Source: Atractiella rhizophila (taxonomy: Eukaryota). From it: a stretch of DNA of 43,654 nucleotides. Where the stretch lies: the NCBI GenBank assembly GCA_021432655.1, contig MU271291.1, positions 62,001 to 105,654 on the forward strand. Reading direction: 5' to 3'. The notes beneath the pieces were generated by a model. It saw only the letters and a program-made list of their open reading frames with translations, searched no databases and was not told the origin of the DNA. The translations under genes were made by a program, and so were the position numbers. Positions 12,801 to 24,984 of this stretch are shown piece by piece (the first letter of the stretch is position 1; each line of letters starts with the position of its first letter).

Positions 12801-15800
12801 ATGAGAGGCCAATATGGACACGCTCACTCAAACTCTCAGTCCATTGGTCAAAAGGCTCAGGTGGGTCCTCCTCTTTTCTCTCATTATTACTAGGAGGCGA
12901 GGAGTGAACTTTGTTTGTAGCTCTCAAATGCATACCAAGAGCTAGGGAAGGCATTGACAAGCCGTGACATAACCACCATCGGGAACTATTCCATTGGTAA
13001 CCGAGTATTAGGAGAAGGTGCTTTTCTCCTATCCAATCTCCTTGCGGCCCTCACTTAAGCAACAGGTTCATTTGGGACGGTATATATGGGCATTCATCGG
13101 CTAACAAAAGTACGAGTTGCGATCAAGCAAATCGCCAAATCGCTCCCTCTCTCATCAGGCTTCAATCCAGTCTCTAGCGGCCTTCAGGCATCAACTCCTC
13201 TCCAACTCCTCACCCGCGAGATACACCATCATCGTCGTCTACATCATCCCAACGTCCTCCAACTCTACGAGATCATCGCTACCGAATCTTCCATCTACCT
13301 CATCTTCGAGCTGTGTGCTGGAGGAGAACTGTTTGATTATCTCCTTGAGCGGGGGCGCTTCACTCCGATGGAGTGCAGGAGGATATTCGGACAGCTCTGT
13401 CTAGGAGTCTCATATATCCATTCGATGGGCGTCGTCCACAGGGATCTCAAGTTGGAAAACGTGTTATTGGATGGAATGCTCAATGTCAAGATTGCGGATT
13501 TTGGGTTTGGAAGAGAGTTTGAGGGTAGGCGAATGCTCGAAACCTTCTGTGGGACAACGGGGTATGCGGCACCAGAGATGTTGGCTGGGAAGAAATACGC
13601 TCCTGAAGGCTAGTTGTTTCGTGATCGACTGAGTTTGGTCGTTGATGTTAGAGAATAGAGGTCGACATCTGGTCTCTCGGCATTATATTTTATACTCTTC
13701 TGACAGGTTCGATGCCTTTCGATGATGACGACGAGGGCCTCCTGAAGGCAAAGATCATCAAAGGGGACTACTACCTTCCAGAATGGTTAGGAGAAGGTAT
13801 GCATTAATTTTCTGGTCCAAATGGTCCATTAAGAACGGTGTAGACTGCTGCGATCTCATCTCCAACATTCTTCAGGTGGAACCATCTAAAAGATTGTCAA
13901 TCAAGCAGATCCTAGCCCATCCTTGGTTTTCTACGCCTCTGCCGAACTACCACCTCGACCCCCATAACGAATACGATGGCGTACCACCTGCTATCCCAGA
14001 GGCGGAAGAAACGGTCACAGTCTCGTCCATGCACGATCACGACCATGACATGGCCGAAGTAACTGTGATCCCGCCTACCCCAATATTGGGAGACAGCCAA
14101 ACCTCACAGGATGAAGCGTCAAGTCGAAGCAGCAGCGAAGCTTTATCAGTGTTTGGAGAGGAGAATGGGAAGGGAAAGAGTGGAAGCAGTAGTCCGATAA
14201 CGAGCGACGATGACTCCCAACCGACTATTGCTTCTGTCATCAGAGTACCGTCAGCCAACGGGAAGAAAGATAAGGAAGAGGGAAAATTGGGCTTTCATAG
14301 AAATGAAAGCCAGAGCACGATCCGGAGGACTGGAGACGATGTGGATTCGAGAGGCAGTTCGCCCAGATCTGCTGGTGGCGGATTGGGAGTTGGAGGGATC
14401 AGTCGACCGCCATCCCTTCCTACTCGTTCGTCTTTCTTCTATACTGCACGTCGCTTCATTCGCTCATACTGAATAATAGACATGGAATCGCCTGCTGCAT
14501 CTCCTGGAGAAGAAGACGAAATTAATCTCTTCTCAACAGCCAAAAGCGTGGCTTCAGCTTCCAGCTCCCGTCCTCCTCTTCCGACCACCTTCGGTTCCTC
14601 CTCTTCCAATTTCACAGGCTCCACAGCTACCCCTGGCATCCGCCCTCCATCTTCCACCTCTTTCATCGCCAACCTTCCTCCTCCAGCTGTACACTCTCGG
14701 ACACCGTCCCGCACGAAGCGACGATCAGTCGGATCAGTCATATCTGATCGCGGCGCTATATTCCACGAGGACCACACCCCGCATGTCGATTACCTCTCCC
14801 TACTTAACCAACCCACTCCTCCTAGATTTGAAACGGATCTGGAGAAAAGGACCCTGGAGAGTTTGGAACTGCTCGGATTCGACGTGGGTCAGATCCAACA
14901 CTCTGTCAAACATGACGCATGCGATGCTGCTGGCGCGCTTTGGTGGATTCTCAAGAAAAAGGCAGAGGATAAGGAGGAGGGTTTGATGGAGGTTACTCTT
15001 GAGGCTGAGCCAGCTGAAATAGTGGAAGAGGAGGAGGCAGAAGTGTTGCGACCCAGCGTGGAAATTGCGGCGAAGGCTTCAACCTCTCGTCTGCAACTGG
15101 ATCATCTGGACGAAGCGGAAAGTGAGTCCGAAGGCCTGCACAAAGACAAGGGCAAGAAAAAGACTTTCGGGTGGAATCGAGAGAAGACGGCTTCGAAGGA
15201 CGATCTGAAGAGAAAAAAGTCGTCAGGTTCCCTCATTTCAGAAGTGATGAGCATCGCGTCTTCACCTAGTGGTGTGATCTCTTCTCTTTCTGCCCCAGCT
15301 CTCGCTTTCTTTGGCTTTCCACGAGATTCTAGTCCTTCGAAGGAAGTGCTGGACAGCCCGTCGAACGAATCTCTTCCGGCTCGTCCTCGGACGGGAAGCC
15401 CATCATTCACCTCCCTTGATCGGCCCCCAGCCAAAACTCCAGAAGTTGTCAGTCCTCCTCGCGTTGAAGAACTCAAACTCAAGAAGTCAAACTTCACAAA
15501 ACCTCGTTCAGCCTCCGTTGGGGTTTTCCAACGAGCCACAAACGTCTTTACACTTTCGTCCAAGAAGTCTGAGGAGTTGAAGGAGAAAAACAGGGACCGA
15601 GAGGGTTCGGACGATCGGAGCGTCGTTTCCACCCCTGTCGATGAGGGAGGTAGGAGCACACCAAATCTTGCCAGCTTCTTCACGAGAAAGCATTCAGCTG
15701 TGTCGACTGTCGACATACCCAAAAGCCCACCACCGACACCGAGTGCCATCCCATCCCAAAAGAGCATGAAAGAGAGCATGAAAGAGGAGGAGAAAAATCC

Positions 15801-17220
15801 TGCTGCAATCCCGCTCCCAGCCGATAAGAGCGAGTCTGGACACTCTGACCCGTCAACATCGAAGAAATTGCAAACCCTAAAGTCAAAGGAGAGTCTGGGA
15901 GCGGATGCGAGAGATGAAAAGCCTCCTGAATCACCTACCATGAGTACCGGGGCGGCCAGCCAACGGACAGCGAGAAAACCGAAAGGCAGCAATTTCTTCT
16001 CCTCTTTCAAGCTGTGGTTCAATGACGACAGACGCAAGAGAGGGAAACGACCGTCTACTTCTTCCGGTCTCACTTATGCTGGCGATTCTCTCTCCCGTCG
16101 TCCGTCGAGAAGAAACGACGGCACTCTTCGTGCGCGTCGACCAGGTGGATCGACGGGTGCTTCACGGCGTTCCTCTCAAGCTTCACTTCACCCAGCTATT
16201 ATCGCAGAGTTGAAGCACACTCGACGACTGAGCGAATCCAGTCGAGTTTCGGGGGGAAGCAGGAATGGGAACCGAACGCCTACAAGCGAGAAAGGGCGCT
16301 CAAGACCTCCATCGGCGCAGAGCCATGCCAGAAGGAAAGCTCATGCCAGAGCTGGATCACAGGGATCGGCTAGCTCTATTCGTCATCTTCACGCTCATGG
16401 AAAAGCTTCTCCAGTTCCGTCCTATCGTCGCCCCCCCACTTCGACCACCATTCGACGCGTGTCGCAGGCCACGTTCACAAACAAAAAACATGGTCGAAAA
16501 GAATCTGCCAGCTCGTCAATCCACACGTCTTCCCGTCCTTCCAGTTTAAGAGAGCGGCGCAACTCACAGTCAGATTCAGAGTTTGAATCCATGACTGAAG
16601 AGAACGATAACCCGACAATCCACGAAGAAAACGAATCGATATCCGATTCCATAGAAGAAGCAAGAGAAAAAGCTTTCCGCAAACTCTCGGGCGAGTTTGT
16701 TATGCAAGCCACCACGGCTTCAATGGACACTTGGGCTCGTTCTACCGGCAGTCGACATGGTAGCTTTGTCTCTCGATCTGGTGGCTCTCATCTCTTCGGA
16801 CCTCCATCCTCAGCCGGTATCGGTTCCACAAGAAGCAGCGCATCGACAATTCGTCCGCAGCTCAGGAATGTGTTTGCGAAGGGTATGAAGGAAGATGGAG
16901 AGTGGGTTGATGAGGATGAGGATCTCGACTGCTATGGAGGTGGTTTGGGCCAGCCGTCCTCGAAATCGTCGGCGTCTTCAGCCACATCAAGTAATGATGG
17001 TCATACCTTTGCAGCTCAACAGCAGCGTTCATACATGGACGGGAGTTTATCGTCTTTCGATTCAACGGTCAGTGGTGGGAGTTCGATATTGGGAGAAGGA
17101 CGATACGCTGGCGTTGGTACTTCTGGGAAGGGGGAGGCACAATGGCGGCCTGGGACGCTGAGGAATAATCAACCGAGCTTCCGAGGTCCTGTGATCGAGG
17201 AGGAAGAGGAAGAGGAGTGA
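12801..17220 (+). CDS. Ser/Thr protein kinase, CAMK/CAMKL (MARK/SNF1-related) with UBA-like region and long Ser/Arg-rich tail
   Basis: VLGEGSFGTV, VAIKQI, GGELFDYL, VVHRDLKLENVLL, IADFGF, TFCGTTGYAAPE, VDIWSLG; UBA-like LELLGFDVGQIQHSVKHDACDAAGALWWIL; 912-codon final ORF ending in an acidic tail. Confidence 0.92.
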
Positions 17221-17927
17221 ACTTGACAGGTTCAAGCTCGTCATCTCATATTTCATCGTGGATCGGCATATATTCATTCTTCAGACAACGGCGATCCATG
17301 CTTGTTCATCGGCTCCAATCGTCAGAGCAACAATCCATCCTTCTCCATCCTTCTCTGTCTGAAAAGAAGAGCCTTTCGGGAAGGCGGGACGGGTTCTGAA
17401 TTTTCAAAATACCTTCATCTTCCATCGAGTAGACAATTATATATGCATCCGTTCCATTTTCCATCTCATTTTCGTATTGTGTTTTTGTTTGAAGCGCTGT
17501 CATTCCGTGAATCTCGGTTCCGTGGTGGGTTTGTCGTCTTCAGTATGTGAATATCAGTAACTGCTCCGTAAGGTTATATTCTCTTCGATTTTTAAGCTCT
17601 ACCACGATTACGGTGGATCGATGACGGACAACATTGTGAGATTTCGACGCCCAAAACGGAAACAGGTATAGATATGCCGTACAGAGTTTTAAGTGGGGAT
17701 AATCTTGAACGTATGAAAGCCGATGAAAGCACAAAGGAATGAGAAAGCACCATTGTGATGACGATAGATATGAAGAGCAGAACAGAGCAGAGAAATAAAT
17801 GCCCAAAGAGGGTATGGTAAACAGTCAATCCATCCAACTAACCAACAACATCACGTATTACTGGTACCGATCGGAACATGACATATCCAATGCTGACCTC
17901 CAGGAACGGAATGGGTCTCGGACGCTT

Positions 17928-20374
17928 TCAAAGCGCATTGTAATCCTCGCTGGACATGACCAGCCTCCTTCCACCTGTCTCCACCATCTTCCCTTTCCCT
18001 TTCTCCTTATCCTTCTCCCGTCCAAAAAGCGCTCTCAAACTGAACCTCCTCCTCACTCCCGATCCCTTCCCTCCTTCCGTCACCGATCCTGAACCTGAGG
18101 GCGAAGCCGAAGGTTGGAAGAGGAAAGGGGCGACGCGCGCGTCGGTGTTGTGAGAGGGCAAGGTGTTGAAATGGGAGGAGGGTGGCACGGGAGGAAAGCT
18201 TGTGGGGCGGGAGGACGGTTGTGCTTCTGAGAGGGGAAAGTAGGGATTGGGTCCTTGGAGGGAGTGAATGGGTAGGGAGTGGGATTTGGGAGGGGTGTAG
18301 GTGTAGGAAGAGGGTGGGTGAGAGTGATATGAGTCGTGAGCACGAGCGTAAGGAGGAAGAGGAGGGAGGGGTTTTCCCGACGTCTTTAAATCCACCAATC
18401 AGCCACAATGAAAAGATGAAATGAAGGACATACGTAATCCACATGTCGCCCCCGTTCTCTCTCCCTTTCTCCTTCCACAAATTCGGTCGGAGAAGATGAA
18501 GACGAAGCGGCTCCTGCGAGAGAATCCGCGATCTTCATCCCTTTCTCCAACGCCTTCTTCAACACCAACCCCCCGGTTTTCGCTGCCGTCCCATTTCCAC
18601 TTCCATTTCCATCCTGTCTTCCAGTCATCTCCGGTGAGGGTATGAACGACACCTCCCTTCTTTCCCTTGCCCTCTCACGCAAAATCGGAGCCTCCCTCTC
18701 CGGTCTCTCCCTCTCCCTCTCCCACTCTCCCACACCAACACGGACACCGCGCTTCTGTCTCTCCCTCTCCATAGTCAAACCCAACCTGTTAGAAGGAGAA
18801 ATATCCGAAGGATTGTAAGGATCACTCGAAAGAAGGGGAGGGAAGATCTGGATTGTGTTATCTGACGAATTGGAGATGTGGTGATGCGGCTTTTGAGGTG
18901 TGGTTGGAGAACTAGAGCCGCTGGAGAGGGCGTCGTATTCGAGTTTAGTCGGGGAGGCGGAGGAAGGTGCGGAGGAGATGGGTGTAATGGGGGAGGAGCG
19001 GGAAAGGGTTAAAGGAGGTGGACGCAGGGTCTGTCGTCGGTCCCTGTCGACGTTGTTCACTGGCGTGACATTTTGATCCATCATGTTGTGATGAGAAATA
19101 TTTTGATGTGGGGTATTTTGAGCCTTGGAGGGGTATGCAGGAACGGGTTCAGGGGAGGGAGTGATTCGTATCTCTGTGGGAAAGACGATGGTCTCTTCCT
19201 CCGCCACCACACGGGGATCCTCTCTCTTTCCCTGTTGCGGTCTCGAATCGTGTGGAGACACAGAAGGGATGTGCGTTTCGGCAGTCCCGAACGAGGTTTC
19301 GGTATTGTGGGAGGAGACGGAATAGGATCGTGAGAGATCCTGGCCCCCTTCCACTCCGCTCTTCGACACTGTCTCCTCTTCCACTCCGTTTTGCGGCTGC
19401 TCAATTTTATGGTCCAGTTCTCCGTTAATACCCATCGACGGTCCCCGCTCCCCCTTCGACGTCATGTCAGTCTCCCGTTGGGATCGCTGAGATTGCTGAG
19501 ACTGAGGAGGATGAATTCCATTAGACCGAGGCTTGATCACAGTCTCCTGTGGTGATTGTGGGGATGGAGGCTGAGCAGGATGGACTCTATTAGACCGAGC
19601 CTCGACATGCGGCTGAGGTTCCTCCATTCGCCTCCTCAGTACCTCCACCTCCTCTCCAGAACTTTGAGGTTGAGTCTGAGGAGGATGAGTTCCATTCGAC
19701 CTAGGCTTGACACTAGACTGCGGTTCCTTCCCCTCCCCAACCTCCCTACGTCTCCTCTGCACCTCCTCCTTGATATGACCCTTCTCCTTCTCTCGTTTCT
19801 CGACTCCATCCTCATCCCAAACCTCGACCTCCTCCACCAATCCCGGCGGGACACCAAACTTCCTCAGACTAAAGGACGAATTCCTGGACGCTCCCTTATA
19901 ACTGCTCTCTCTATTCCCTCTCTTCTGGCTCGGAGGCCGACGAAGCTCTGACGTAGCTGCCGCAGGAGAAGAAGCAGTTGTCGAAGCCGATACTGATATC
20001 GGACGCTCCCTATTCGGGGTAGGGACGGAAGGTGGCCTGTTCTGTCCCTGTCCTTGTCGTGACCTCCATCCCGGTGGTGGTTGGTGGCGGGAGACGGATG
20101 AGCGGGCAGAGAGAGAGGGAGACGGCTGCTGGGACTTTTGAGGTAGAGAGGAGGATGTACGCACGGAGGGAGTGCGTGTGGGAGGTTTGGTCGGCGGAGG
20201 GGAGAAGGTAAGGTAGAGGGAATCGCGTGATGATGGTTGGGTGGTTGGAGGTTGAGACGATATGGATTGGGGCACGAGGTAATAGTATCTGTCATGAACA
20301 ATCAGTACCATATCATTGTTTTATTTAGAGAGTGATGATAACATGGCTTACCTGGACTGTGTTTTTGACGGCAT
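17928..20374 (-). CDS. Hypothetical Ser/Pro/Gln-rich disordered protein (3 exons inferred)
   Basis: ATG 20374 (MPSKTQS) splices in phase (gtaagc...gacag) onto the 641-codon ORF, which splices (gtatgt...ttaaag) onto TSGKPLPPLPPY...; no recognised domain; the 3' end is uncertain. Confidence 0.6.
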
Positions 20375-20653
20375 TGTTGATTTGCTATTGTGACATCTCA
20401 ACGAAATCAAGCAACCCAATCTTAAACCGTTGAGGTATTCAGCTATTCAGCATGGAGCCAAGCACGGGGGAATGAGCAGGGGAAAGAGGGCGATAAAGAA
20501 AGGGAAAGAGGAAAGGTAGAAAGGTTAAGGAATGTCCAAGATATTTCAGGTGACGTTATAATTGTCCCACTACAAACTAACTCTGAACCACGGGTAAGGT
20601 CACGCAGATGATTTATCATTTCATTATCACTTCCATCGATATCCATTCTATTT

Positions 20654-20762
20654 CTATTGAAATTGCTGTTTCGCAGCCTTAACGAGGAACTCCACCGTTT
20701 CGTCCACCTTTGTAAGGAACGGCGCATGGCTCGCTTGAATCGATGTCGTCTTGACTTCTATC
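20654..20762 (-). pseudogene. Detached 3' end of alpha/beta-hydrolase copy A (carries the putative catalytic His)
   Basis: Reads IEVKTTSIQASHAPFLTKVDETVEFLVKAAKQQFQ*, homologous to the terminal exons at 28441-28580 and 30042-30175. It joins in frame to 26992 onward when the transposon and one TATC copy are removed. Confidence 0.9.
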
Positions 20763-20793
20763 CACCGTGGAAGCTCTTTCGGCAGGTGACCTG
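20763..20793 (+). repeat. Left terminal inverted repeat
   Basis: caccgtggaagctctttcggcaggtgacctg; 23/31 ungapped identity to the reverse complement of 26957-26987. Confidence 0.85.
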
Positions 20794-21324
20794 ATGGCTA
20801 AACGCAGGAACTCTATTTTGCCGTCAGGTCTCCTGCTTGCTACCAACACGCAGGTTTGTACTTAGCATTTGGCAGCAAGGATCTGATGGTCAATCTGATG
20901 GCTGTGGATAACGCATGTACATAATGATTTCGCGATGAATAGACTTGTCAACAAACACGATGTACATCTCAGATCGCACCGTCCGTCAGTCTCTGATACT
21001 TTAATCCGCACCTTAACGAGCTCGACTCTCCTCCTCTTCAAGTTGACTCAGTCCTCCTAAGTGGAAACTTCAATCTTCTTCCAGGCCGATAAGACGCCAT
21101 TCTGTTGTTACTCTAGATCATCTTGCTGCTGTCTTCACTTTTTCCTCGCTCGGTTCTCTGCCTCCGCTGCTCTCCATCCTGTCTCAGATGGCCTGTTTAT
21201 CCCTAAGATGACACAGCGGTCATTTCTAAATGGGGAGGTGAGCGTGGAAAGACTGAATACTTGAAAGCAATCTATTCAGCAATATTAGCAGCAGCACCGA
21301 CGGTGATCTTGGGGATTGGCTGAC

Positions 21325-24300
21325 CTAGGTGAGGATAAGCTCCTCCTCCACAAACTCTGGTGCCACAACCTCCTCTGCTCTTTCTACAATCCACCAGTCC
21401 GATTCATCATAAGTCGTAGCCCGTCCAACTAGGCCTCCGATGCACTTCAAGTCAACAACTCCTCGTTCCCGCAGCTGAAGTCCAAAAGGCATGTGAATGA
21501 GGCCGTCGTCCGTCACCGTCGTTTCCACCTCTCGCACAAACGCGAATAAGTGCGGGTTAGCTCTAAAGTGGAGCTGAATGATGCGATCTAGTCGGCCATA
21601 CGTTACGTGCGGAGCATAGACAATCGGAGCATCAGGTTTTTCAGCGTTGAGATCAGCGTAGGTGGTAATCTGCCGCTCTCCTTAGTTATCAGCTTGCAAA
21701 AAGAGGATAGACAAACCCTGCACCAGTTCCGACATCGACTAAAGTCACTCTGTATTGATCCTCCCCCCTCAGCGACGACGGTATCACCATTGTGATCAAG
21801 TTTAACTTTCCCCCACTCCCTAAGTCCCATCCCCTCCTCTTCCAGCTCCTTTCGGATCTCCATTTTTGTGAACTCCTGGTCCGATATGGTAAAGAGATGG
21901 TTGATCAGGATTCGGCGCTCATGTTCCGACAAATCGGAAAGAGTCAGTCCCCTCGAAGGACGGAGGAGAGAGCAAGCGTAGTTCGGAATTCTTTGCCCTT
22001 GAGTAAGGCTTCTGTCATTATCTGAGTCAAACGTGAGATGATATTTGATCTTGATTTGTCGTAGCTGCTCCATCTGGACAATGTGGTTCATCAGGTTTTC
22101 GTAAGGATGGATGCGCGAGCCAAGATGTGTTTTGAGAATGCCGAGAAGGCGCTCTCCTGCAAACGCCCATGTTGCCCAAGAAGGTCCAATCCAGTCATGG
22201 AAGTCAGGAATATGGAGGAAGCGATGGAGGACGGAGGGGCAAGCGGAGAGTCGCTGATACTTGTACTGATAGTAAAGCCTGAAACCAAATTTACTAAGGT
22301 CAGCTCTGACTTCAAGTACAATGAGGGGGGAGCAGAGCGACATGGAATAGCTGTGAGAGATGGCGGGATAGTCTTGGAGGATGACAAATATCTTACTGCT
22401 CATAATCTGCCTCCCATCGCTCAACATGCTCTCTCACATCCGCTCGACCTTCTGGATCGAGCCGATAGCTAATGCACGAAATGACAATCTTCCTTAAGTC
22501 AAGGAAATGCTTGTAGTAGTTGGGAGGCAGACGCCCCGGACCGCGAAGGACATAAGGACCTTGAATGAGGATGAAGTTGGCGAGATCTTCTGCTGTCAGG
22601 CTGGCTCGGTCATTCCATATGTTCCGCGCTCGTCGTCCAAAGATAGATGGTGTCAACTTGTTCATCTTCTCGATCTCGCCGCCAATCATTTCCCACATTG
22701 GCTCGTTGATCACATAGGGTCCTTTTTCGGTGTAATCTAATCCTTTGAACTCGCCTCTCCAAAAAGCAAGCAAATTGCGAATAATATTTTCAAAAATAAG
22801 ATGCATAAAGTCCTGGGCAAAAGACCAAGGGAAAACAACACCAGGAAAGCGAAACCAGAGTGTGCTCCCGTTAATGCCTGTGTCCTTCGACATCTCCTCT
22901 GCCTGTGCAGCGGACGCACAGTCTATCTGAAGACCTTGCTCTCGCATGGTCCTGTGGTCGCGGATGACCATCTTGGAGCGGTCATAGACTTCGTTCAGAG
23001 GGCGTGACCCTGTGTTCACAGAAGGAGGGACATCTTGGGGAGGATGAACAGGGCAGTAGAACGTTTTATTAAAGAGAAAACCTCGAATTAAACAAACAGA
23101 ACATGACGAAATACCATTAGGACCTTTCATATTCATCAACTTCTTCAATGCTTGACCGTCTCCAAGAATAAGTGAGAAAAATGCACGTAAAGTGAAACGG
23201 GAATGTGAAAGAATGTCTGGTGTGTTGGGTACACCTTTTGCAAGTTGAATTGACTCTACAAACAAAGGGTAAACAAATGAATCAAAGTCTTTCGGGGAAT
23301 ATTTACCAGGAATAATGAAAGATAACAGCATTTCTGCAGTATGATGAACAAGACGGGGATCGAGGTTATAATTTAGGATAACTCCCGGCCAACAAGTGTA
23401 CTTCCCTCTCTTCCAAAGAGCAAATCCATCAGTATAGAAAGCAAGAAAAACATCTCTGGAATCTTGAAAATATTTATAAGGCATCTGTTCTCCTTCTATG
23501 ACAACATTGGTGTTGCATAACTTCCGATACAACAACCCATCCAGCACCGAATTTAAACACCCGTCCTCTCGAACATTCTTTCCTCTGAAACTCATCTTCT
23601 CCGCCATTCCTGGATCGGCTGCCATTGCCACAAGCCGAGGAATGAGGGGAACATATTTCCAGGTCGCCCTTGGAATCCTCTTCCTTCCAACAAACTTCCA
23701 TCGGGCTTCTCCACACAGCTGGCACTTCTCGTCATTTTTGTATTGTGGGCATTCGTAATTGATGCACGAATTGATGCATCTCTCGTAGACTTTGATATCC
23801 AAAGAGGCAAGCCTCTTCAACCGATTCATTATCTGAGGAATCGAGGCCAATTTGACCTTTTTTTTCAAGATGTAGCGAAGACGCTCATAATTACGCCTTG
23901 AGAGCTTTGAGATCTTGAATAATTCAAAGACTTGAAAGGTCTCTATCTCCTCTGGTGAGAGTAAGCCCTCCACTGCAGCATAACATATAAGTCGGGTAGA
24001 GGATGAAGATTAAAGGAAATCTACCTAAGAAATCACCAGGAAATGCGGAAGCATCCTCCGCTTCGTAAAGGTACAGCTCTTCGATTAAATCGTCCAGCTC
24101 CTCGTCTCCGGAACTTGGTTCTCGATCAGGCTGATTTGCTCGATCTCTCGCACTATCTGCGGCTCCATGTCCGAGTTCCGCATCCATGATCTCATCGTCA
24201 TCCTCTTCCATGACAATCCTATGGTCGATGGTAGAAGAGACAGAGGCAAGCGGGGCTTCTGTGGCAGCAGGAGCATGTCCATTTGAAAACTCGAAATGTT

Positions 24301-24809
24301 GCATTGGCAGCTCCTCCTGCACTTCGGTCGTGCCATCGTTCACCACCTGGCTCTTCTAGCAGCCATAGAGAGATCATTGAAACATTGAAAGTGTGATAAA
24401 CAAAAAATGATTGAAGGACAAAAATGAAGTAAAGGCATGACGATTGTTAAACCCATTCCAGTAACCAGTAGAAGGAAGTACTCACCTGTTGTGCACCTCC
24501 ATTGTAATCCTGGTTATTCCACATCTGCAGTCGCTCCACTGCAGCTAAGCTGGGCAGCTCTTCCCGTTCATATTTATCAAAGAACTCCAATTTCTTCTTG
24601 ATTTCCGCAGTTTGATCCTGTTGTCCACTACGTCTTAGAAGCCGTTGACGCTCCTTAATGTGTTTACTAATTGTTCGAGTGGTGAGTTGTTTACCACAGC
24701 AAGGACAGGCTGGTTTGTGATAAGTTGACTTTGCCGTCCCCTGCAGTCGTCTGATTTTGGTGGGGAGAGGCGCATGATAGCCGAGAGGTTCGCGGTGACG
24801 CTTGTTCAT
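21325..24809 (-). CDS. CACTA/En-Spm Tnp2-family (Transposase_21-like) DDE transposase, ~1042 aa, 5 exons
   Basis: Inferred exons 24809-24486, 24346-24025, 23972-22397, 22278-21717, 21669-21325, all GT-AG, 3129 nt, in frame with no stops. Motifs: N-terminal CPCCGKQLTTRTISKH, CINSC...CQLCGEARW, YVPLIPRL, FYTDG, CWPGVILNYNLDP, IIPGKYSPKDFDSF, GDGQA...KGPNGISSCSVC, DFMHLIFEN, LHRFLHIPD...GPSWATWAFAGERLLG. Confidence 0.92.
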
Positions 24810-24984
24810 TATCTGGTGCTAAGAAGAGGTGTTTGGTTGAAGAGGAGAGGGTGGGTTTGAAATACGGGACATGTGACGTCAATCCAATCCAGTAGGGTCA
24901 AATCTCAAACGACGACCAGAGTTCACTCTCCCCTTGCAGAACTCTGCGACGCATCTGCCTCTTTGGTTTAAAACCACATCCATC

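Noticed and set aside
15102..16073. 323-aa antisense ORF inside the kinase gene
   Set aside because: Shadow frame of a Ser/Lys/Glu-rich coding strand; no motif support.
17540..17837. Hydrophobic minus-strand ORFs as possible further exons of the Ser/Pro-rich gene
   Set aside because: Could not be joined to the upstream ORF with convincing splice sites; left unannotated.
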